Part shown: positions 38,701 through 44,777 of the stretch, one piece after another
Layout of the letters: the number at the start of each line of letters is the position of its first letter
Position numbering within the stretch: position 1 is the first letter of the stretch
Source of the DNA: Candidatus Magasanikiibacteriota bacterium
GTDB taxonomy: Bacteria; Patescibacteriota; Patescibacteriia; Magasanikbacterales; GWA2-37-8
DNA length: 64,000 nucleotides
Direction of reading: 5' to 3'
Assembly (NCBI GenBank): GCA_041678665.1
Contig: JBAYNU010000004.1
Span: 12,863 to 76,862 of the forward strand
The notes under the pieces: model-generated
What the model was told of the DNA's origin: nothing
What the model saw: only the letters and a program-made list of their open reading frames with translations
Databases searched by the model: none
Program-made: the position numbers and the translations under genes

Positions 38701-39441
38701 GTGCGATTGGAAGCCGCGCCTGATGCCACTGAAAATGAAAAATTAACTTGGGAAAAGGAATTATTGGGTTTGTATGTAACCGCGCATCCGTTTGATTTTT
38801 TTCAAAAAACTATGGCAAGCGCTCTTACTCCGGTTAGAGATTTACCGCAGTGTCAGCCATCAAGTTGGGTAGTGGTAGGCGGGATAATTGATTCTACCAA
38901 GAAAAAAATTACGCGTAATGGCGCGCCGATGATGTTTGTGACTATTCAAGATTTATCCGGCAGTTTGGAACTTCTGGTTTTTCCGCGCACTTATGAGACC
39001 ACCAAAGATGTGTGGGTGGAAGGCAAAATGGTGTGTGTGGTAGGTAAGACCGGTGATGAAGGTGATAATAAGTTGTTTGTGGAAAAAGCGTATGAGTTAA
39101 CCAAGGAGAATGCGGCGACAATTGCCGGGCAGATGGCAATGTCGATGAGACCAACGCGAACAATTTCCAATCAAACCCCAATGACCAGTAACCAAGTTAA
39201 AAACAGCAATCGAACAGTTGAGTCATCGAGCAATGTAATGATGGTGAATGACGGGATTGAGATTTGTGTATCGCCGGCGAAAATCAAGACGCATTCCGAT
39301 GCCGTTAAGGCGGTGTTAGCAAAATATCCAGGCGAGATGCAGGTGTATATTGTGGTAGGTGATAAAAAAATCAAAACGCAGTATAAAGTCAGTGTAGATG
39401 AGGAATTTAAAAAAGAAATTATTTCGTTATTGTCATCTTGA
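35770..39441 (+). CDS. dnaE: DNA polymerase III alpha subunit
   Basis: PHP domain (HLHVHS, LTDHG), RGSGAGS, PDIDAD, HAAG, KMDFLG, OB fold. Confidence 0.97.
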   Translation: MSDFVHLHVHSHYSLLDGLSKIDELVKTAGKRGFSALALTDHGNMYGAIEFYQCCLKEGIKPIIGMEAYLAPASRFDKDPKSDKYYHLVLLALNETGYRNLMKLASLAHLEGFYYKPRLDKELLRQYHEGLVASTACMRGEIPWILRKENNYEKAKKVALEYQEIFGKDNFYLELMDLPAHEGQTELNSQLVELSQDTGIPLIVTRDAHYLNSEDGEAQDILTCIRDGRTIDEPNRQSMQGVDFSLCASKEIATRFKHIPEAMLNTVKIAERVDLKLELNQWHFPSIEIPDGQTAEQYLRDLVYEKLPKLIEITDEVKQRIEYELDVILKKGYAPYFITVADYVQYARDHDIIETTRGSGAGSIVSYALGITTVNPLYFKLPFERFLNPFRPSAPDIDADFADDRRDEMIAYVTQKYGADKVAQIITFGTMMARGAVRDVGRALGYSYSLCDQVAKLIPFGAQGFHMTIKKAIELEPDLKKRYQEDEQIKRLLDLAQKIEGCARHTSIHAAGVVISPTPLTDFTPVQYETGGDKITTQYEMHAVEAAGILKMDFLGIRNLSILGHAVEIVQKTTGTKVDIMHLPWDDTKTYEMLARGETMGVFQLSGSGMTRYLKELKPSSIFDIMAIVALFRPGPMESIPEYIQRRHHPEMIEYLDPRMKDYLDQSLGLIVYQDDVLLTAINLAGYNWEEADKFRKAMGKKIPEEMAKQKEKFFKGCREFGKLPDLKIHRLWELIEPFAAYGFGKAHACSYGVVAYQTAYMKANFPVQYMTAVLIAESGDMDKVPEIIAECERMGVRVLPPDVNESFKNFAMISDEVVSTPQLSSREESRACPERQPNGDPFPPKADPPMAGNDHTRGIPPLVTLGRNDRSAHIRFGLSGVKNVGEHIADVIYRERKDNGAYKSLEDLLTRVKDKDLNKKSLESLIKCGAFDCFGYDRGLLVANIENLLAFVHHSQEQMDSKQNSLFGGILKGANKVRLEAAPDATENEKLTWEKELLGLYVTAHPFDFFQKTMASALTPVRDLPQCQPSSWVVVGGIIDSTKKKITRNGAPMMFVTIQDLSGSLELLVFPRTYETTKDVWVEGKMVCVVGKTGDEGDNKLFVEKAYELTKENAATIAGQMAMSMRPTRTISNQTPMTSNQVKNSNRTVESSSNVMMVNDGIEICVSPAKIKTHSDAVKAVLAKYPGEMQVYIVVGDKKIKTQYKVSVDEEFKKEIISLLSS
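38240..38380. repeat. 141-bp composite TGTCAT element in frame inside dnaE
   Basis: TGTCATCCCGA...TCGGAATGACA ends; nested GAGCCTGCCCTGAGC..CGAATGGG and 30-bp double hairpin (38298-38327). Confidence 0.92.
39160..39196 (+). repeat. CCAAT variant of the CAAAT array in frame in dnaE C-terminal linker
   Basis: ACAATTTCCAATCAAACCCCAATGACCAGTAACCAAG = TISNQTPMTSNQ. Confidence 0.5.
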
Positions 39442-39479
39442 GCGGAGCCCCGCCAAGGCGGGGCGGAGTCGAAAGATCT
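39431..39479 (+). repeat. TGTCAT half element providing the dnaE stop codon
   Basis: TGTCATCT-TGA-GCGGAGCCCCGCCAAGGCGGGGCGGAGTCGAAAGATCT. Confidence 0.85.
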
Positions 39480-39642
39480 GCAAACAGAAAAAAATTTTGG
39501 GAATTTTGAAACGTCCAAATGGGCGTTTTTTTACAAAAAGAAAAGCCGTACTTGGGTGTACGGCTTACTGGTGGGAGTCATGACCGGAAATGAGCGGTTT
39601 TTTGATAGGGTGCTTAATTACGGCGGGACCGGTTTGCACCGG

Positions 39643-39909
39643 CTAACGAGACAGGTTTTTAATCCTGACGTTTTTTTTAAAACGCGGCTTTTTTCCCGCG
39701 TCCGTTTTTATTTTTATGGCGAACATGGCTATAAATGCCACGATTGCCACTACGATGCAGATTGTTTTTCCGATCCCCTGATAAGGATCGGGTATAATTG
39801 TTCTTACCGTCGGTGTCGGTAAGATGTCATACGCGGTTGCTGCCGCTAAAGCGGCAATCATTGCAATAACCGCGACTACCGCGGTCCAACTATCACTTTT
39901 TTTTTCCAT
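39643..39909 (-). CDS. Small two-TM orphan membrane protein
   Basis: AAGGAG RBS, promoter TTGACA-17-TATACT (40031-40059), basic C-terminus. Confidence 0.6.
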   Translation of the reverse strand: MEKKSDSWTAVVAVIAMIAALAAATAYDILPTPTVRTIIPDPYQGIGKTICIVVAIVAFIAMFAIKIKTDAGKKPRFKKNVRIKNLSR

Positions 39910-40068
39910 TTAAAATCTCCTTGCCATTTTATTATGGCCTATTTTGTTATTTTCTGAAAACGGAAAAAACCGCATAATTCACAGGTTTTTCCGTTTTCAG
40001 AAAGGGTAAAAAGAACTAAACTGACATTGCAGTATAGCACATTTTAGGAGTTTTGTCAAGGGGGGGTG

Positions 40069-40144
40069 ATGTCATCCCTTTGAAACCGGGGATCTCTTAT
40101 ACTACGAAAGTCGAAGGGATTCTTCGCTTCGTTCAGAATGACAT
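40069..40144. repeat. TGTCAT-family element, intergenic after prs
   Basis: ATGTCATCCC...GGGGATCTC...GGGATTCTTCGCTTCGTTCAGAATGACAT. Confidence 0.82.
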
Positions 40145-40150
40145 GTGGTG

Positions 40151-41095
40151 TTATACATCATTCAAACTTTTAATTGATTCGTTTTCATGCAATCGACGAA
40201 TACATTCAGCAAAGACATCAACCACAGAAACTATTTCGGTATTTTTTAATTTTTTATCATTTAAAGGAATAGTGTCGGTAAAAATAAATTTGGAAATCGG
40301 CGAAGCGTTGAGGTCGTTAATGGCGTTGCCACTAAGCACCGCATGGGTGGCGCAGGCTTCGACCGATAAAGCGCCGGCATTGCCGAGTAAAAATTCCGCG
40401 TCGCGAATGAGAGTGCGACCGCTGGCCACCTCATCGTCTATGAGCAAACATTTTTTGCCGGTTACTTCACCAATCACGCCTTTTATTTTTGGCTGTTCGT
40501 CATTACTATCACGGCGTTTATCCATAATCGCCACGGATAATTTTAATCCATCGGCGTAGAGTTTAAGGATCTTGGCCGCGCCCGCGTCGCCGGCTACTAA
40601 AACATAGTTGTCTAGGTTCCAGTTATTTTTTAAATGATTAATCATGGTGGGGGCAGCCACTAAGTGATCACAGGGTATGGAAAAAAATCCTTGAATTTGA
40701 TGTGAATGCATTTCCATCACTAACGCATGATCGGCGCCGGCGGTTTCAATCAAATCAGCTACGAGTCGCGCGGTAAGGCAAATTCTTTCTTGGTCTTTTT
40801 TGTCCGAACGCGCGTAGGGCAAGTAGGGCATCACGGCGGTAATACGCGCCGCCGATGCTCCTTTGAGCGCGCGGATCATCATAAGCATTTCCATTAAGTT
40901 AGCATCAACAGGTGAAGCGCTGGTTTGGACGATGTAAACATCGGCACCGCGCACCGGTTCGTCAATTTTTACGAAACGATTGTCGTTGCTAAAAGCAAAA
41001 GCGCGCGATTTACCCAAAGTAATCCCCAGATTTTGGCAGATATTTTGAGCGAATTGCTGATGGCTGTTGCCGGAAAAGATTTTGATATTATTCAT
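40151..41095 (-). CDS. prs: Ribose-phosphate pyrophosphokinase
   Basis: KIFSGNS, VRGADVY, PYLPYARSDKK, IDDEVASGRT, ATHAVLSG. Confidence 0.95.
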   Translation of the reverse strand: MNNIKIFSGNSHQQFAQNICQNLGITLGKSRAFAFSNDNRFVKIDEPVRGADVYIVQTSASPVDANLMEMLMMIRALKGASAARITAVMPYLPYARSDKKDQERICLTARLVADLIETAGADHALVMEMHSHQIQGFFSIPCDHLVAAPTMINHLKNNWNLDNYVLVAGDAGAAKILKLYADGLKLSVAIMDKRRDSNDEQPKIKGVIGEVTGKKCLLIDDEVASGRTLIRDAEFLLGNAGALSVEACATHAVLSGNAINDLNASPISKFIFTDTIPLNDKKLKNTEIVSVVDVFAECIRRLHENESIKSLNDV

Positions 41096-41201
41096 ATGAT
41101 TTAGATGAATTAAGCATCATCATTGTAATACTTTTTCGCCCAGTATACAAGTAATAATAGAAAACCGAACAGGGAATGTTCGGCTTTAAGATGGGAACCA
41201 T

Positions 41202-41360
41202 TTAAGCGATAATTCGCCAAATGGTAATTGCGAGGATTGTTATAAAGAGCGAGGTAAGGCACAGTAGCATCTTGCGCCTTGTTTTTTTGGCGGCGCGGAT
41301 TTGAGCCGCTACGAAAGGATTGCCGAAATGAATCGGCAAGATAATTTCCTGATACTTCAC
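41202..41360 (-). CDS. Small protein (52 aa) with C-terminal TM, not in ORF track
   Basis: AAGGAGG RBS, GTG start: MKYQEIILPIHFGNPFVAAQIRAAKKTRRKMLLCLTSLFITILAITIWRIIA. Confidence 0.55.
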   Translation of the reverse strand: MKYQEIILPIHFGNPFVAAQIRAAKKTRRKMLLCLTSLFITILAITIWRIIA

Positions 41361-41369
41361 TTGTCCTCC

Positions 41370-41483
41370 TTATTTTAATAAGAGGAACGCGAAAGAGAAT
41401 GCGGCTGCGGTGGTTCCGACAATGCAGAATATCAGCGTTTCGAAACCAGAAAAATTTAATAAGTTTTTCTGCAGAAAGAACAT
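41370..41483 (-). CDS. Small hydrophobic protein (37 aa), not in ORF track
   Basis: AGGGGGGA RBS; MFFLQKNLLNFSGFETLIFCIVGTTAAAFSFAFLLLK; promoter TTGACA-17-TATACT at 41550-41578. Confidence 0.5.
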   Translation of the reverse strand: MFFLQKNLLNFSGFETLIFCIVGTTAAAFSFAFLLLK

Positions 41484-41595
41484 CTTTCCCCCCTATATTT
41501 GCCAGTTTATTTTGGCATGTTCAAATTAAAAAAGCCCATGATGGGCAATAGTATACTCTAAAATTAGCGTATTGTCAAGTTATATCTGTGGAAAA

Positions 41596-42672
41596 CTAAT
41601 TTAGCGACCAGTTAGGGTCGGCAGAGATTTTTTTCCAAGAAGTAAAATCTTTTTTTAGTGCTTGATAATATCCGGCTACCGCGATCATAGAGGCGTTGTC
41701 CATGGAGTATTGAGTGGAAGGAGTAAGGAATAAAGAGTGGGGAACAAGTGATTCAATTTGATTGGCGAGAGTGGCTCGGAGTTTTTTGTTGGCGGAGACG
41801 CCACCGGCGAGGATAATAGTTTTGGGTTTTAATTTTTGAGCGGCGCGGATGGTTTTGGCAACGAGCACATCAACAATGGCTTGTTCGAAAGAAGCGCAGA
41901 AGTCTTCTGAGCTTATAGCTTTTAGCTTATAGCTTTTAGGTGATGAATCGAGAGTGTGGTCGCGGAGCCAATAAAGAGCCGAAGTTTTGAGGCCGGCGAA
42001 AGAAAAGTCCCAGCCAAAGGCTGGTCCGCTTTTGGCGGAGAAATTCTCTTTTTTAAGCATTGGTCGCGGAAAATCGATCGCGTTGTTTTTTCCAGTTTCA
42101 GCCAGTTTGGAAATTTGTGGGCCACCGGGATAGGGGAGATCCAAAAGTTTAGCGACCTTATCAAAGCACTCACCGGCAGCATCATCGCGAGTTTGTCCGA
42201 TGATTTTATATTTTCCTTGTTTTTTGATATGAATTAATTCCGTGTGCCCGCCGGAAACCACCAACGCCAGAGCAGGGTATTGGATTTTTGTAATTTGAGA
42301 TTTTGAATTTGAAATTTCCACGGAGTGGATGTGTCCTTCAATGTGATTCACCGCGACCAGAGGAATATTCCAAGCGTATGATAAAGTCCGCGCGGCTTCC
42401 ACGCCCACAATGAGTCCGGTAATCAGTCCGGGGCCGGCAGTGACGGCGATGATATCAGGATGACTTTGGTCCTTTAGTACCTCCTCAATTAAGGGCACGA
42501 TTTTTTCCGCGTGCATCCGACCGGCGATTTCCGGAACCACCCCACCGTATTTTTTGTGAATTTCAATTTGCGAAGCGGTCAGTTCCTTAATAACAAAACA
42601 GCCCTGCTCGGAACAATCCAGTAGGGCCACCGAAGTATCATCGCATGATGATTCAATGCCTAGTACAAGCAT
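41596..42672 (-). CDS. tsaD: tRNA N6-threonylcarbamoyltransferase TsaD
   Basis: GIESSCDDT, GGVVPE, NHIEGH, VSGGHT, TRDDAAGECFDK, GGVSAN, DNASMIA. Confidence 0.97.
   Translation of the reverse strand: MLVLGIESSCDDTSVALLDCSEQGCFVIKELTASQIEIHKKYGGVVPEIAGRMHAEKIVPLIEEVLKDQSHPDIIAVTAGPGLITGLIVGVEAARTLSYAWNIPLVAVNHIEGHIHSVEISNSKSQITKIQYPALALVVSGGHTELIHIKKQGKYKIIGQTRDDAAGECFDKVAKLLDLPYPGGPQISKLAETGKNNAIDFPRPMLKKENFSAKSGPAFGWDFSFAGLKTSALYWLRDHTLDSSPKSYKLKAISSEDFCASFEQAIVDVLVAKTIRAAQKLKPKTIILAGGVSANKKLRATLANQIESLVPHSLFLTPSTQYSMDNASMIAVAGYYQALKKDFTSWKKISADPNWSLN
41718..41748 (-). repeat. AAGGAGT heptamer array in frame inside tsaD
   Basis: + strand AAGGAGT AAGGAAT AAAGAGT GGGGAAC; encodes LVPHSLFLTP. 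Confidence 0.65.
41910..41937 (-). repeat. AGCT heptamer array in frame inside tsaD
   Basis: AGCTTAT AGCTTTT AGCTTAT AGCTTTT; encodes KSYKLKAIS. Confidence 0.8.
42010..42039 (-). repeat. 30-bp double-hairpin element in frame inside tsaD
   Basis: Minus TCCGCCAAAAGCGGA-CCAGCCTTTGGCTGG = SAKSGPAFGW; matches dnaE 38298-38327. Confidence 0.82.
42281..42318 (-). repeat. CAAAT-family array in frame inside tsaD
   Basis: Encodes EISNSKSQITKIQ after NHIEGHIHS. Confidence 0.7.
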
Positions 42673-42709
42673 ATACGCTAGAGTTATACCCTACACCAAA
42701 AAGTATCTG

Positions 42710-42783
42710 TGTCAGGGGGGAGACTCGAACTCCCGACCTCCGGGTTATGAATCCAGTGCTCTAACCGGCTGAGCTACCCTGAC
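42710..42783 (-). tRNA. tRNA-Met (CAT), probably elongator (Ile2 not excluded)
   Basis: GTCAGGG/CCCTGAC acceptor, TTCATAA anticodon loop, GTTCGAG; paired 1-72 argues against initiator. Confidence 0.9.
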
Positions 42784-42862
42784 AAACCGCACCTATTATA
42801 TCAAAAATATGGTAAAAGTCAATATGTCCAAATAGGGTTGGACGTGTTATAATATAATAAAT

Positions 42863-44767
42863 ATGGGTGAGACATTTATTAAACTTATTGGAGACATAAC
42901 GCGCATTAAAGCCATTGTGTATTTAATGGTTGTTTTTGGGTTGATTTATCTGGGTACTAACTATTTTTTACTTTGGCCAGCCGCTACTTTGCCCATGTTA
43001 AATTGGGAAAAAAATGTTCCTTTTTTAGCTTGGACGGTCATTTTTTATTATCTTACTTATTTTCAAGCAGGGGCCATACTTTTATTAGTAAATAAATCTG
43101 ATTTACGAAAGGTTTTAATGGCTTTAATCGGATTAATAGTATTGCATGGTTTGGTTTTTTTGTTTTTTCCTACCGTTTACCCGCGTCCGGTTTTCGAGTC
43201 AACGCATACTGTTTGGACAAGCTTATATGGCGTTTTAATTTATTTTGATCATCCTCTTAATTGTTTTCCTTCGCTTCATGTGGCGACGTCTGTGCTGGTA
43301 ACATTAATTTTTTGGCGAATGAAAAAATCATGGGGCGCATGGTCATTGATTTGTACCCTGTTGGTTATTATTTCCACTCTTACCCTCAAACAGCATTATG
43401 TGGTAGATATTGTAGGTGGTTTAATTACTGCCAGCGGTGTTTATTATTTTTTTAAGACTCGTTCCATAAAAATAATGCCGGTTATTTTTTTGGTAATTTT
43501 TTCCTTGCTGATTTTTACACCTATTCTGGTTTCGGCTGATTCCACTCAAGCTCAATTAGAGGCGGAGCTGAAAGATATTGAAAGACAAATTGCCGAATAT
43601 ACCGTGGAACTTGGCAAGACGCAAACCGAAAAGACCACTTTAGCCAATAAAATTAAACAATTGCAATCTCAACAAAAAAGTTTGACGTTGCAGGTGAAAG
43701 CTACCGCGCTTAAGTTGTCGGATATCGGTAGTCAGATTACGGAAAGAGAAAAAAGTATTAAATCCAATTTAACTAAAGAACAGCAATTAAATAATGATAT
43801 TGCAGTGGTATTGCGTCAAATTAATGCCGTTGATAACAACATTCTATTGGCACTCGTGGCGGCTGATGGCCTATCGGAAGTTTTTAATCAAGTTCAAAAT
43901 TATGTTGCTTTAACCGATGCGATTATAATATTACAGAAGCAAAATAAAATTATTCGTACTAATTTAATTACCGAACAAACCATATTAGAGGGGCAGAAAG
44001 ACGAAGCCAATGATTTGCTTAAAATAAAATCTATTCAACAGCAAAGTTTAAATAGTTCCATTAGCCAGCAAAATCAATTGTTGACTGCGACCAAAGGCAA
44101 AGAGAGTAATTACCAAACCATCCTTAGCGACCGTAAAAACCGCGCCGCCGCGATTCGTAGCCGAATTTATGAGCTGTTTAACACTGGTAGTCAAATTAAT
44201 TTTGGTCAAGCGGTAGAAATTGCCAAATGGGCGGGTGGGATCACTGGTATGAGAACTGAGTTTTTGCTTGCCATCTTGACACAGGAGTCAAATTTGGGTA
44301 AAAATGTTGGTACTTGTAATCGGAGTGGTGACCCACCAGAAAAAGGTTGGCAGGTGATAATGAAACCAACTCGCGATCAGGAGCCGTTTAAAAAAATTAT
44401 TGAAGAATTGGGGCTGAATATTGATACGACCCCAGTGTCGTGTCCGATGAAAGATAAAAATGGCAATCAAGTGGGTTGGGGCGGGGCGATGGGGCCGGCG
44501 CAATTTATTCCTTCTACTTGGATGGGGTATAAAAATAAGGTTACCGCTATTACCGGTAAAAGCACCGCTAATCCTTGGGATATTCGCGATGCATTTTTGG
44601 CGGCGGCGATTAAGTTAAAAGGAGACGGCGCCAACGGCACCGATGACGGCGAGTGGAAGGCGGCGATGCGCTATTTCGCCGGTTCGGTAAATTTAAAGTA
44701 TCGTTTTTATGGTGATAATGTAATGACGCTGGCGAAACAGTATCGCACGGACATTGCTGATTTATAA
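42863..44767 (+). CDS. PAP2-family membrane phosphatase fused to coiled-coil lytic murein transglycosylase
   Basis: YPRP..NCFPSLHVA..STLTLKQHYVVDIVGG; long coiled coil; QESNLG, GGAMGPAQFIPSTW, NPWDIRDA. Confidence 0.8.
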   Translation: MGETFIKLIGDITRIKAIVYLMVVFGLIYLGTNYFLLWPAATLPMLNWEKNVPFLAWTVIFYYLTYFQAGAILLLVNKSDLRKVLMALIGLIVLHGLVFLFFPTVYPRPVFESTHTVWTSLYGVLIYFDHPLNCFPSLHVATSVLVTLIFWRMKKSWGAWSLICTLLVIISTLTLKQHYVVDIVGGLITASGVYYFFKTRSIKIMPVIFLVIFSLLIFTPILVSADSTQAQLEAELKDIERQIAEYTVELGKTQTEKTTLANKIKQLQSQQKSLTLQVKATALKLSDIGSQITEREKSIKSNLTKEQQLNNDIAVVLRQINAVDNNILLALVAADGLSEVFNQVQNYVALTDAIIILQKQNKIIRTNLITEQTILEGQKDEANDLLKIKSIQQQSLNSSISQQNQLLTATKGKESNYQTILSDRKNRAAAIRSRIYELFNTGSQINFGQAVEIAKWAGGITGMRTEFLLAILTQESNLGKNVGTCNRSGDPPEKGWQVIMKPTRDQEPFKKIIEELGLNIDTTPVSCPMKDKNGNQVGWGGAMGPAQFIPSTWMGYKNKVTAITGKSTANPWDIRDAFLAAAIKLKGDGANGTDDGEWKAAMRYFAGSVNLKYRFYGDNVMTLAKQYRTDIADL

Positions 44768-44777
44768 AGTATAAAGT

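Noticed and set aside
39556-39822. 88-aa plus-strand ORF
   Set aside because: Antisense to the ORF with SD, promoter and TM pattern.
40053-40559. 168-aa plus-strand ORF
   Set aside because: Antisense shadow of prs that begins in a repeat element.
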